DNA of 58,312 nt from an uncultured Erysipelotrichaceae bacterium (GTDB lineage Bacteria; Bacillota_I; Bacilli_A; RF39; UBA660), in NCBI GenBank assembly GCA_902801525.1, contig CADCIN010000006.1, positions 1-58,312 of the forward strand, in the 5' to 3' direction. Each line of letters begins with the position of its first letter. The stretch's first letter is position 1. The notes beneath the pieces were generated by a model. The model was given only the letters and a program-made list of their open reading frames with translations. It searched no databases and was not told where the DNA came from. Shown in pieces: positions 1 through 9,581 of this stretch. A program made the position numbers and the translations under genes.

Positions 1-17
1 TGCCCTTTTGTAGCCAT
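1..17 (-). CDS. 5' end of a gene running off the window (MATKG...)
   Basis: AGGAG Shine-Dalgarno at 26-30 (minus strand) 8 nt upstream of an ATG at 17; only 5 codons visible. Confidence 0.5.
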
Positions 18-159
18 TTTTTCATCTCCTTTATTAAATTATAACAAAAATAAAAGCATACACTTTTTTTTCGTGTACACTTTTATATTACAACTTCAAA
101 TAATTATGTCTATTTTCTTTTGATTTTAATATTTTTTTTTTAAATCATTATCTGCTCTC

Positions 160-702
160 TTATAAACTTACTTTTTTAATAAAAAAACTAGGAGAAAGAA
201 GTAAATCATCTATATCTAAATGTTTATTTAAACACTTACCGATTTGACTTAAAGCATAATCTCCAAACAAATAGCAAAAATTATCATTAATTTTTTTAAA
301 TCCATCAAGACCAATAAAAATAAAATCAAAACTTTCATTATTACTAATAGACTTATATAAGTATTCATCCAACTTTTTATTAAATAAATCTTTATTAGGT
401 AAATTAGTTAACTTATCAAACTGATAAGCTTCTTCTCCTTTTTTTAAATTACTTACATCAAAAATATAACTAACATCATGAAATTCATTATCTTTTTTAT
501 CATAAATAGAAACTATTTTTGCATCGTACCATTAATTTAAATTATATAAAAAATAACAATTATCCATATATAAAGAATTATTAATAATCTCACTATAGAT
601 ATTTCTATCTTTTCTAGTAACATTGTAAACAATTTCACTATTTTTATTCTTATATATAATAATCAAGTTAGAGTTCCTTATTAACTCTATCAGTGATAAC
701 AT
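160..702 (-). pseudogene. Degenerate PAS/PAC-GGDEF diguanylate cyclase
   Basis: One frame from ATG 702 with an in-frame TAA at 532-534; downstream reads WYDAKIVSIYD...DVSNLKKGE (PAC-like), then FDKLTNLPN and GLDGFKKINDNFCYLFGD (GGDEF N-terminal motifs); ends before any GGDEF motif. Confidence 0.75.
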
Positions 703-714
703 TTATACACCCAT

Positions 715-1326
715 TTATTCCTGGTATTTTTTAATTGCATTATATAATCTTTGCATTTTTTTATCTAATAAAATTATGTCATTTGAACAAATTAACATTT
801 CGTTTTCTAATTCTTCTGGGATATTAATTGGAAATTTATATCTTAATTTATGATCAGAACTTGCCCAAAAATCCATTGCAACTGTTCTAATTTGTATTTC
901 AGCTTCTACATATTCAACTTTTTTCTCCCAATATATAGGTACTAATATATTTAAATGATAACTAACATATCCAGATGTTTTAGGACATTTAATATAATCA
1001 CTCTCATCTAAGATTTTAAATTGTCCACTATTTTTAATTAAATTAACAAGTTCATACACATCTGCTAAAAAGGAACAAACAATTCTAATACCAATCATAT
1101 CATGAACATGTTTTACTAAATTATCACAAGTTATTGGAAGATTTTTTCTTTTTAGCTTACCAATTGCACTCTCTTCAGATTTAATTCTAGATTTAACATG
1201 CTCTACAATAGTATATTCATTTTTTAATTCATATTCACTAACTAAACAATCAAGTTTAACTTCCAAAGTTTTTTTCGCAAAAATATATTTAAGCATAATT
1301 TCTTTATAACTTTCTTCTTCTAACAT
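715..1326 (-). CDS. Small alarmone synthetase (RelP/RelQ-type GTP pyrophosphokinase)
   Basis: RIKSxxSxxxK, DMIGIRIVC, GYxSYH, EIQIRT-MDFWAS motifs; single domain, 203 aa. Confidence 0.92.
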   Translation of the reverse strand: MLEEESYKEIMLKYIFAKKTLEVKLDCLVSEYELKNEYTIVEHVKSRIKSEESAIGKLKRKNLPITCDNLVKHVHDMIGIRIVCSFLADVYELVNLIKNSGQFKILDESDYIKCPKTSGYVSYHLNILVPIYWEKKVEYVEAEIQIRTVAMDFWASSDHKLRYKFPINIPEELENEMLICSNDIILLDKKMQRLYNAIKKYQE

Positions 1327-1342
1327 TTTTCTCCTCCTAAAT

Positions 1343-1370
1343 AAAAAAAGGCCTGTAATTTTACAGCCTT
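1343..1370 (-). terminator. Intrinsic terminator after the asnS operon
   Basis: Minus strand AAGGCTGTAA-AA-TTACAGGCCTT hairpin followed by a T-run. Confidence 0.6.
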
Positions 1371-1403
1371 CATATTATAACACAAAAATATTTAAAAAAC
1401 CAC

Positions 1404-1673
1404 TTATTTATTAGTATTCCAGTAATAATCTCTCTCTGAAATAGATGAACATACGTTATCTAAATCATCTAAGTTATATTCATACTCATCTAAATAATAC
1501 TCTATTTTAAAAATCAACTCTTTTAAATCAATACATGATTTATAATCTATATTATATTTATCTAAGATACTAACCTCACTATTAGTAAGTAAAATACCAT
1601 GTCCAAAATCATTAAACTTAAAAGAATTAAAATCAATATTATCAACTAAATCTGAAACATTATACTCTTCCAT
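1404..1673 (-). CDS. Hypothetical acidic protein
   Basis: ORF in operon context; likely start MEEYN at 1673. Confidence 0.7.
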   Translation of the reverse strand: MEEYNVSDLVDNIDFNSFKFNDFGHGILLTNSEVSILDKYNIDYKSCIDLKELIFKIEYYLDEYEYNLDDLDNVCSSISERDYYWNTNK

Positions 1674-1674
1674 A

Positions 1675-2205
1675 TTATTTACACACATACTGATTATTTC
1701 TAAGATGAGATTCTAAATCACCAAGTAAATAACTATCTCCAACTTTTAAAGATAAATTATCCCTATCATTATCAATAACTACATTGAAGTTATCAGACTC
1801 ATCTTTACTAATTAAAATATTATTAAGATTGATTTTCTTACTAGAATCAACTGACTTAATAATAACTTTATTATCATTTATTTTAACACTAATTGATTTA
1901 TTGTCTTTATAATTATTAACAACAGAATATTTAATAGAGTCCAATAACTTATCATCATTAATTAAATACTCTTCTGGTACTTTAATAGTCTTAACAAATA
2001 CCATATTAGAAATGTGATTACCATCTATTTTAACTTCTAACTTATCATTATATGAAATATTATATGTATCTGTATAATTCTTAGAACAAGTAAAACTATT
2101 ATTACTATTATCAAGTAATAAATATATAAAAATTATAAGTATAAGTAAAACTAAAATAAATGGCCAAATAACTATACTTTGTTTTTTCTTAGTATTCTTT
2201 TTCAT
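1675..2205 (-). CDS. Membrane-anchored protein with a YehR/DUF1307-like extracellular domain
   Basis: Basic N-terminus, one TM, FTCS motif and C-terminal YVCK; pattern shared with 51607-52410. Confidence 0.6.
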   Translation of the reverse strand: MKKNTKKKQSIVIWPFILVLLILIIFIYLLLDNSNNSFTCSKNYTDTYNISYNDKLEVKIDGNHISNMVFVKTIKVPEEYLINDDKLLDSIKYSVVNNYKDNKSISVKINDNKVIIKSVDSSKKINLNNILISKDESDNFNVVIDNDRDNLSLKVGDSYLLGDLESHLRNNQYVCK

Positions 2206-2229
2206 ATTTTCACCTCTAAGTTTAAAAAC

Positions 2230-3609
2230 TTAAAAATCACATGATCCTGGTGTTCTTGGATAGGGAATAACATCACGAATATTTTCAACGCCTGTTAAAT
2301 AAATTAATAATCTTTCAAATCCCATACCAAATCCTGAGTGTACACATCCTCCAAATTTACGTAAGTTAATATACCAGTCAAGTACAGATTTATCCATGTC
2401 TAGTTCATCCATTCTCTTAAAAAGTTTATCATAATCTTCTTCTCTTTGCGAACCACCCATTATTTCACCTGCACCAGGCACTTCCAAATCAACAGCAGCA
2501 ACTGTTTTTCCATCTGGATTTTCTTTCATATAAAATGATTTAATATCTTTTGGCCAATCTGTTATAAATACTGGTCCATTAAAATATTCTGTAATATATT
2601 TTTCATGTTCCTTTGCAATATCTTCACCTTGTTTAGGTTCAAATTCGAATTTAACTTTTGCTTTTTGTAAAATATCAATACATTCTTTATGAGTAATCTT
2701 AGTAAATTTAGAATTTACAAGTTTAGTAAGTTTTTCAATTAGTCCTTTTTCAACAAATCCATCTAAGAATTTCATTTCAGATTTACAGTTTTCAAGTACA
2801 TATAAAACGACATATTTTAGCATTTCTTCCATAATATTCATATCTTGTTCTAAATCACAAAAAGCAATTTCAGGTTCAATCATCCAGAACTCATTAGCAT
2901 GAACTTTAGTATTAGAATTTTCTGCTCTAAATGTTGGTCCAAATGTATAAGTCTTTTTATATGCAAGTGCAAAACTTTCAGCTTCTAACTGACCTGAAAC
3001 AGTAAGACCAGCTTGTACACCAAACATATCACGAGAATAATCAACTTCTCCATCCTTCATTGGTACTTTATCTAAATCAAATGTAGTAACATGGAACATT
3101 TCTCCAGCTCCCTCACAGTCACTCGCAGTAATAAGTGGTGCATGAAAATAAACATAACCTCTATCTTGGAAATATTTATGAATTGCGTATGCAGTTACAC
3201 TTCTAACTCTAAATACTGCTTGAAATAAGTTAGTTCTAGGTCTTAAATAAGCTTGTTCTCTTAAGAACTCTCTAGAATGTCTCTTAGGCTGAATTGGATA
3301 ATCTTCTGGACAATCACCAAGCAAAACAACATCTTTAGCATGTATTTCAAATTTTTGACCTTCCTTAGGAGATTCAACAACTTCTCCAACAACCTTAATC
3401 GCACATCCTACACCAAATTTACTAATTTCAGAAAAGTTACTTAACTTGTTATCATAAACAATCTGAATATGATCAAAACAAGTTCCATCACTAAAATCAA
3501 TAAAGCCAAATTCTTTTTGCTTTCTATGATTTCTAATCCATCCTTGTAAAGTAACCTCTCTACCTAAATATTTTTCACTATCTTCAAATAATACTTTATC
3601 ATCTATCAT
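2230..3609 (-). CDS. asnS: Asparaginyl-tRNA synthetase
   Basis: OB-fold GWIRNHR, LTVSGQLEAE, motif 2 GPTFRAENSNT, motif 3 GFGMGFERL. Confidence 0.98.
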   Translation of the reverse strand: MIDDKVLFEDSEKYLGREVTLQGWIRNHRKQKEFGFIDFSDGTCFDHIQIVYDNKLSNFSEISKFGVGCAIKVVGEVVESPKEGQKFEIHAKDVVLLGDCPEDYPIQPKRHSREFLREQAYLRPRTNLFQAVFRVRSVTAYAIHKYFQDRGYVYFHAPLITASDCEGAGEMFHVTTFDLDKVPMKDGEVDYSRDMFGVQAGLTVSGQLEAESFALAYKKTYTFGPTFRAENSNTKVHANEFWMIEPEIAFCDLEQDMNIMEEMLKYVVLYVLENCKSEMKFLDGFVEKGLIEKLTKLVNSKFTKITHKECIDILQKAKVKFEFEPKQGEDIAKEHEKYITEYFNGPVFITDWPKDIKSFYMKENPDGKTVAAVDLEVPGAGEIMGGSQREEDYDKLFKRMDELDMDKSVLDWYINLRKFGGCVHSGFGMGFERLLIYLTGVENIRDVIPYPRTPGSCDF

Positions 3610-3628
3610 ATGTAATCCTCCTTAATTA

Positions 3629-4204
3629 TTATATCATATTTTTTATTTTCATTTTATTATCATTTTTGTTATTTTTACTAATAACATTAATTAAATTAAA
3701 ATCTCTAGAAATAAGTTTTAAATATTTAATACATTCACTAGGTCTTATAAATAAACTTAAATCTTTATATACAGGATAAAAAACAAGTTCATCTGCATTA
3801 ATTAAGTCATTATCTATTATTAAATTAATATTATTATTTAAATCATTTATTAATCTAAATAAAGAAATATCATCATTCTCTTCATTATAATATTCCAAAT
3901 TTAAGGAATCTAAATCAATATCCTTATTATGATCAGTAATTAATAAATAAATACTATTAGAATTATCCTTACTCTTTAACAATAAATTATTACAAACAAC
4001 TAAATCAGAAGAATAATTTCTATATTTATTAAATAATTCTTCATTTTTTTTATGAAAATGAAACTCATCTTTCATAATTAATCCTTCAAATATAATCCCA
4101 CTTTTACTTAGATAATGACAAAGTGAATAAATATCATTAACTTTTCTAACATCATAATTTACATGATTATATAAAGAATTTCTTAAATCGATATTATTTT
4201 TCAT
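3629..4204 (-). CDS. Degenerate PrdX/ProXp-ala (YbaK-superfamily) deacylase-like protein
   Basis: CNNLLLK (cf. CKNLFL), IYLLI..K.IDL, SLFRLIND, LIIDNDL, LVFYP (cf. FHP); GGAGG RBS. Confidence 0.55.
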   Translation of the reverse strand: MKNNIDLRNSLYNHVNYDVRKVNDIYSLCHYLSKSGIIFEGLIMKDEFHFHKKNEELFNKYRNYSSDLVVCNNLLLKSKDNSNSIYLLITDHNKDIDLDSLNLEYYNEENDDISLFRLINDLNNNINLIIDNDLINADELVFYPVYKDLSLFIRPSECIKYLKLISRDFNLINVISKNNKNDNKMKIKNMI

Positions 4205-4217
4205 AACAAACCTCCTG

Positions 4218-4492
4218 TAAAAAAAATACTAGTATCATCCCACTATATTCCTATAGTAAGGGACGAAAACTAGTATTCCGCGGTACCACCCTATTTATTA
4301 TAAATTAAATATTTTATAATCACTTTAAATTCTAACAAATCTAGTATTTATAACGTAATACCCACGGCTTAGTCTACTATTATTTCTTTAAGCACTCAGA
4401 AATGTTATTCAATATTAACTATTTATCAGGCTTCCACCAATACCCAACTCTCTTTAAAAATCGCTAATATTTACTTCTTTTCCTCAACGTTT
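4218..4492 (-). promoter_or_regulatory. T-box riboswitch with Asn (AAC) specifier
   Basis: Minus strand: AGTA, GAGAG and GGTGGAA stem I motifs, specifier loop GAATAACA (AAC at 4404-4406), T-box AATAGGGTGGTACCGCG (4279-4295), antiterminator partner TCGTCCCT, terminator with T-run. Confidence 0.95.
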
Positions 4493-4508
4493 ATACATAT
4501 ATATTATT

Positions 4509-4970
4509 CTATTTCTTCTTCCTTGTCAATAAATCGCTTTCAAAAGCAGAATAATCATATTCTTTTTTAACCCATTCTATTGATTTTTTCACAGAAGAAG
4601 AAATATTGTTAAATGATGAAAAATCAGTATTTATTAAATCATCAATAGTTACTAAATTATATTCTTTAATAATTTTCTCCACCTCATAAGGAAGAGATAA
4701 ATCTTTTAATTTAATTTTTTGATTGATAGTAAGATTATGAGAACAATCTTTTTTTTCATCTTCTTCATTAATATTTGTTAATGAAATATTTTTTTCAACA
4801 TTTTCATTTTCCTTATCATCAATATCAATCATTAACATTGAAACCTTATTAGATTTAACATAACTAATTTCTTTATTAAGTTCTATTATTCCTTTAATAG
4901 TTTTGATTTTTTCACTTAATAACTCTAATTCATTTATTTCTAATTTTTTTAAAAAATCATAATCTCCCAT
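4509..4970 (-). CDS. Hypothetical protein with a C-terminal RNAP alpha-CTD-like helical motif and basic tail
   Basis: LKDLSLPYEVEKIIKEYNLVTIDDLI resembles alpha-CTD IEELxLSVRxxNxLKxxGIxTIxDL; ends TRKKK. Confidence 0.6.
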   Translation of the reverse strand: MGDYDFLKKLEINELELLSEKIKTIKGIIELNKEISYVKSNKVSMLMIDIDDKENENVEKNISLTNINEEDEKKDCSHNLTINQKIKLKDLSLPYEVEKIIKEYNLVTIDDLINTDFSSFNNISSSVKKSIEWVKKEYDYSAFESDLLTRKKK

Positions 4971-4983
4971 AAAAACCTCACTT

Positions 4984-5811
4984 CTATCTTTTTCTTTTCT
5001 TCGTTAATTTTTTACCTTCATTTTTATTTTCACATAAAGATTTAAATTCATTATTTTGTGTTAAAAACAAATAAATAAAATCACTATTATGAAACCATTT
5101 TTCAACATAACTGTTTATATAACTACCAGCTTCATCTTTTCTAAATAATTTTTTATATATTTCTTCAACATTATATTCTTCTTTTAAAATACTAACAATT
5201 TTTAATCCAAATTTAAAATTTTCTTTAATAGAATTATCAACCGCATCAAGTACTAAAAATTTACTATCTGAGTTACATAAAGCACTTTCAACAATTTCGT
5301 TATTAACTTTAATATTATTTCCAAATGACTCCAATAAATTTCCATCGACATTAACAACTGTATATGCAAAATTTAAATCCTTCTTAGAATCATCACTCAT
5401 TAATGAAAAGAAAAAATAAGATGAATATGAAGGATCATTTAATAACTTTTCATATAAACTAAAATATTTATTATTTAATGCTTTAATAAAATCATTTTTA
5501 TTCATTGAATCACTATTATATAAATAATTCATTATTAATAATTTAGATAAAACATTTTTTTCCTCGTTAGGTGAAAAATTCTTAATAAAAAAAGATCTAT
5601 TCCAGTCTTTACTATATGTATAATTACTACACATTTTATTAAGAATTCTAGCTTCATTATCATCTAATTCTAAATCGCAAATTATATTTGATTCATTAGT
5701 ATCTCCATATGCAATAAGTAAATTATTAATATTTTTAAAAGTCTTACCATCATTATTTGGTTTATTATTTCTAATAACTGCATTACATAGTCTATCATAA
5801 AAATTTGCCAC
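4984..5811 (-). CDS. Hypothetical protein with DUF4116-like helical repeats and basic tail
   Basis: KKDLNFAYTVVNVDGNLLESFGNNIKVNNEIVESAL pattern; GTG start with GGGGTG RBS; ends KKLTKKRKR. Confidence 0.65.
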   Translation of the reverse strand: MANFYDRLCNAVIRNNKPNNDGKTFKNINNLLIAYGDTNESNIICDLELDDNEARILNKMCSNYTYSKDWNRSFFIKNFSPNEEKNVLSKLLIMNYLYNSDSMNKNDFIKALNNKYFSLYEKLLNDPSYSSYFFFSLMSDDSKKDLNFAYTVVNVDGNLLESFGNNIKVNNEIVESALCNSDSKFLVLDAVDNSIKENFKFGLKIVSILKEEYNVEEIYKKLFRKDEAGSYINSYVEKWFHNSDFIYLFLTQNNEFKSLCENKNEGKKLTKKRKR

Positions 5812-5837
5812 ATAATCACCCCTATAAAAGTAGACAA

Positions 5838-5866
5838 ATTATAACATAATTATTTGAATTTGTCAA
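5838..5866 (-). promoter_or_regulatory. Consensus sigma-A promoter for 5811-4509
   Basis: TTGACA-17 nt-TATAAT with extended -10 TG. Confidence 0.8.
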
Positions 5867-5900
5867 TAAATATGCTAAAATACAAAAAGGAAGTGATAAA

Positions 5901-6902
5901 ATGAAAACAATATTAACAGGTCTTAGACCAACAGGAAATCTACATCTAGGACATTATTTTGGAGCATGTCAAAATTATTTAAAATATCAAGGTAAATATG
6001 ATTTTTATTTAGAAGTTGCCGATGTTCAAGCATTAACAGACAATTTTAACAATCCAGAAAAAGTAAGAAAAAATGTAAGAGAAATTACAATTGATTTATT
6101 ATCAATTGGCCTAGATCCAGAAAAAGTTAATTTCTTTATTCAATCAAAAATACCTGAAATTGCTGAATTAACAGTTTACTATTCAAACTTAGTAACAGTT
6201 GCAAGACTACAAAGAAATCCAACTGTTAAAACAGAAATGTCTCAAAAAAAAGAACTTTTTGGAAATAATGGTGAAAGTATAACTTATGGATTCTTAGGAT
6301 ATCCAGTAAGTCAAGCCGCTGATATTACTTGCTTTGATGGGAAATTAATTCCAGTTGGTGAAGATCAACTACCTCTTCTAGAACAATGCCGTGAAATTGT
6401 AAGAAAATTTAATTCTATTTATGGTGAAACACTTAACGAACCAGAGCCAATTCTAAGTGAAACAAAAAGAATTAAAGGTTTAGATGGAAATGACAAAATG
6501 GGAAAAAGTCTTGGAAATGCAATTTTCTTAGTAGATGATGATGAAAAAATAAAAGAAAAAGTAATGGGAGCCATTACTGATCCAAGTAAGATTAAAAAAG
6601 ATGATCCTGCAAATCCTGATATTTGTATGGTTTATTACTATCACAAACTAGTCTCACCTGAAGAAGATGTAAAAAAAGTATGCTCAGAATGTAAAAAAGG
6701 AGCAAGAGGATGCGTAGCATGTAAAAAAGAATTAATTAAAAATATGAATGAGTTCTTAAATCCAATTAGAGATAAAAGAAAATTCTATGAAGAAAATACT
6801 AAAGTAGTTGATGAAATTCTAAATAAAGGAACAGAAAAAGCTAGAGAAAAAGCAAAGGAACAAATGAAAAAAATTAAACATTCTATGATGATTGATTATT
6901 AA
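5901..6902 (+). CDS. trpS: Tryptophanyl-tRNA synthetase
   Basis: RPTGNLHLGH (HIGH), YPVSQAADI, VGEDQ, KMGKS (KMSKS). Confidence 0.98.
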   Translation: MKTILTGLRPTGNLHLGHYFGACQNYLKYQGKYDFYLEVADVQALTDNFNNPEKVRKNVREITIDLLSIGLDPEKVNFFIQSKIPEIAELTVYYSNLVTVARLQRNPTVKTEMSQKKELFGNNGESITYGFLGYPVSQAADITCFDGKLIPVGEDQLPLLEQCREIVRKFNSIYGETLNEPEPILSETKRIKGLDGNDKMGKSLGNAIFLVDDDEKIKEKVMGAITDPSKIKKDDPANPDICMVYYYHKLVSPEEDVKKVCSECKKGARGCVACKKELIKNMNEFLNPIRDKRKFYEENTKVVDEILNKGTEKAREKAKEQMKKIKHSMMIDY

Positions 6903-6918
6903 GATAAGTTAAATTAAC

Positions 6919-7572
6919 TTATCTTTTTTTTGAATAACTCAGTCTAACAGTATCATAAAGATGATCAAATCTCTTATCATAATTATTAATAATCTCTGAA
7001 ATAAAATTATTATAATTAATAGAAATATCATCGTTATAATTATCAAATATTTCAAGAAATAAAAATTTAAATTTATCTTTCATATTATTTTTATATAAAT
7101 AATTAATCTCAGAAATTAAATATTTTTGTTTAAATGCCTCACTTCTAGTCAAAAATATAGAAGATAAATTATCACTATTTTTTTTATAAATTTTATAATC
7201 TATATCTATATATTCTAAAGAATAAGCATCATTACATACATCATCTTCTTCATCAACAATTAAAAAACTTTTATATATACTTTCACCTAAATCATTAAAT
7301 TCAACTGCCACTACTCTATTATTATCACTAAATAAACATCCATATAAAATAATATTTTTATTTTTATATACTAAAGTCTTTCCCTTAATCTTTTCTATAA
7401 AATCACAAGTTACTAAAAAATCATTATTAATAAAATCATCAATAGTTTTACTATTAACTCTATATAATGGAATTTTTTTAATATGATCTATTAAATCATC
7501 TTCCTTCCACTCATAAAAATTAAATATTTTACCATCAGTAAAATTTAATAAAATATCATAAACATACATCAT
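6919..7572 (-). CDS. YjbA/DUF3603-like protein
   Basis: MYVYDILLNF...FYEWKEDD.I.HIKKIPLYRV signature. Confidence 0.65.
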   Translation of the reverse strand: MMYVYDILLNFTDGKIFNFYEWKEDDLIDHIKKIPLYRVNSKTIDDFINNDFLVTCDFIEKIKGKTLVYKNKNIILYGCLFSDNNRVVAVEFNDLGESIYKSFLIVDEEDDVCNDAYSLEYIDIDYKIYKKNSDNLSSIFLTRSEAFKQKYLISEINYLYKNNMKDKFKFLFLEIFDNYNDDISINYNNFISEIINNYDKRFDHLYDTVRLSYSKKR

Positions 7573-7573
7573 A

Positions 7574-7774
7574 TTAATCCCTCCTATATACAGTAAATAT
7601 TATTAAAAATAAACCAATAAAAAAATAGTAAAATTCAAATCTTCCAACTAAATATTTAAAATAATCATAAAAACTATAACCAAAGGAAAATAAGTTAAGA
7701 TATAAAATTAAATACATAAAACTTGTAGACATAAAACAAATACCTATAATATAAAAAAATAACTTAAATAACAT
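7574..7774 (-). CDS. Small two-TM membrane protein
   Basis: 66 aa hydrophobic ORF abutting the next gene. Confidence 0.7.
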   Translation of the reverse strand: MLFKLFFYIIGICFMSTSFMYLILYLNLFSFGYSFYDYFKYLVGRFEFYYFFIGLFLIIFTVYRRD

Positions 7775-7848
7775 ATTAAATTATATGAACTATCTAAAAA
7801 TAGTATACAAAAAAAATAAAAAATTATACAAAAAAAGTAGACTTTAAT

Positions 7849-8934
7849 CTACTCTATTTCATTATTAATATTTGAATCATTAATTTTAGCAACTTCAACT
7901 TTATTAATTATTTCAAATTTTTTAGTTATTTTATCAGTAGTAATAGAAATATTTTCAGCATCTTTATTAACAGCTTGAATACTTCTCGCAAGTTTATCCC
8001 AACGTTCTCTATATCTTGAAAATTCAAGACCAAGTTTATTAAGTTCTTCATGAATAATTGATGTATATTTATCTCTTTCAATATTTTTAACAATCATCTC
8101 GATAACTGTTAAAGTTGAAATAAGTGTTGTAGGACTTGTAATCCAAACACGTTTTTTATATGCATAATCAATAATATCAGAATGATATGCATTTACTTCT
8201 GCGAATATAGCTTCAGCCGGTAAGAATAAGATAGCTTGATCTGCAGTTTCTCCAGGAATAATATATTTACTACTAATAGCATCAATATGTTTCTTCATAT
8301 CCATTTTAAATAGTTTTTCATAATGTTGTCTAACTTCAATTGAATTTCCTCTATCAACCATTAATTGATAATGTTCAAGTGGAAATTTTGAATCTATTGC
8401 AATAGTACCAAGTGGTTCAGGAGCAAATACAACGGAATCAGCAATAACACCTGTACTTAAAGTGTGTTGTAATCTATAAAGTCTATCATTTTTTTCACCA
8501 AAAACACTAACTAGTATATGTTTTAAATTAACCTCTCCAAATATACCCCTAGTCTTCTTATCGGTTAATATACTTTGTAAACTAACAATATCACCAGATA
8601 AATTTTCTATCTTTCTTTGAGCTTCATCTATCTTAGAAAGTCTTTCAATAACATTCATAAAAGTTTTATTAGTTTTTTCAAAATTATCATCCAATCTAGA
8701 ATTAACCTTCTCATTTATTAGTAAGAGTCTCTTCTCAACTTGTTCATTAAGTAAAGTAAAGTCATTACCAAGTTCTCTACTTAAATCAGATTTAAAGTCA
8801 CCCATTTCTTTAATCATATTAACTTCAAGTTTACCAAGTCTTTCAGTAATATAACTCTCATTAATATTCTTAAAAATAGATATAATACCAATAATCAAAT
8901 TAATAACTAATAACGTAATAATAATATATTCCAT
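7849..8934 (-). CDS. rmuC: DNA recombination protein RmuC
   Basis: KTRGIFGEVNL, IDSKFPL, KYII, LFLPAE, SPTTL; start MEYII with GAGGTG RBS. Confidence 0.93.
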   Translation of the reverse strand: MEYIIITLLVINLIIGIISIFKNINESYITERLGKLEVNMIKEMGDFKSDLSRELGNDFTLLNEQVEKRLLLINEKVNSRLDDNFEKTNKTFMNVIERLSKIDEAQRKIENLSGDIVSLQSILTDKKTRGIFGEVNLKHILVSVFGEKNDRLYRLQHTLSTGVIADSVVFAPEPLGTIAIDSKFPLEHYQLMVDRGNSIEVRQHYEKLFKMDMKKHIDAISSKYIIPGETADQAILFLPAEAIFAEVNAYHSDIIDYAYKKRVWITSPTTLISTLTVIEMIVKNIERDKYTSIIHEELNKLGLEFSRYRERWDKLARSIQAVNKDAENISITTDKITKKFEIINKVEVAKINDSNINNEIE

Positions 8935-8993
8935 AAACACCTCTACTATATATGATAAAATAATTATATCATACATTTGTTTTATGTCAATTA

Positions 8994-9557
8994 CTAATTA
9001 AGTTCAAATTTACTACCTATATATTTAGAAATAATATATGCTAAAACAAGTAAAAAAGATATAAAAACAATAACTCTTATATCTTTAATACTATTAATAA
9101 AACTATCACCAATAATAGACCAAAAAATAACCATAAACATTTTTCCAATTAAAATAGATAATATAAATTTAAAATATTTTATTTTGGAAAATGCACATAA
9201 AATATTTATTAAAAATGAAGGTGAAAAAGGTAATGCAATAATTAGAACAAGATTAGAAAAAGATATATTAGATAATTTAATACTTAATTTTTTATAATAA
9301 TTGAATAAATTACAATTAGAAGTTATAAAAAAATTATTAAATAATAATCTGAAAAAGAAAAAAGATATAATTGATCCAATACAAGTTGCAAGCCAAGATA
9401 TAATAAAACCAATAATTAAGCCAAAAGAATTAACATTTAAAGCAACAAAGAAATTAAGAGGTAATATGGGAATAAAAGACTCAAGTATTATTATAAAGAA
9501 ACCTAATAAATATCCACCATTACTGATAATACTACTTAAATAATTAATATAATTCAT
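8994..9557 (-). CDS. TVP38/TMEM64 (VTT domain) membrane protein
   Basis: ESFIPILPL, G..ISW...IGS, PFSPSFLIN motifs; multi-TM. Confidence 0.85.
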   Translation of the reverse strand: MNYINYLSSIISNGGYLLGFFIIILESFIPILPLNFFVALNVNSFGLIIGFIISWLATCIGSIISFFFFRLLFNNFFITSNCNLFNYYKKLSIKLSNISFSNLVLIIALPFSPSFLINILCAFSKIKYFKFILSILIGKMFMVIFWSIIGDSFINSIKDIRVIVFISFLLVLAYIISKYIGSKFELN

Positions 9558-9581
9558 ATTATCACCTTATCTAATTAAATA

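Noticed and set aside
5812-5900. T-box upstream of trpS
   Set aside because: The intergenic region is under 90 nt, holds divergent promoters and has no T-box consensus.
9301-9543. Antisense and alternate-frame ORFs in the track (9301, 11490, 16445, 19672, 20318, 21830, 22077, 22835, 23498, 25753, 29834, 37550, 42098, 42262)
   Set aside because: They overlap well-supported genes, lack convincing RBS or motifs, and are expected shadows in AT-rich DNA.
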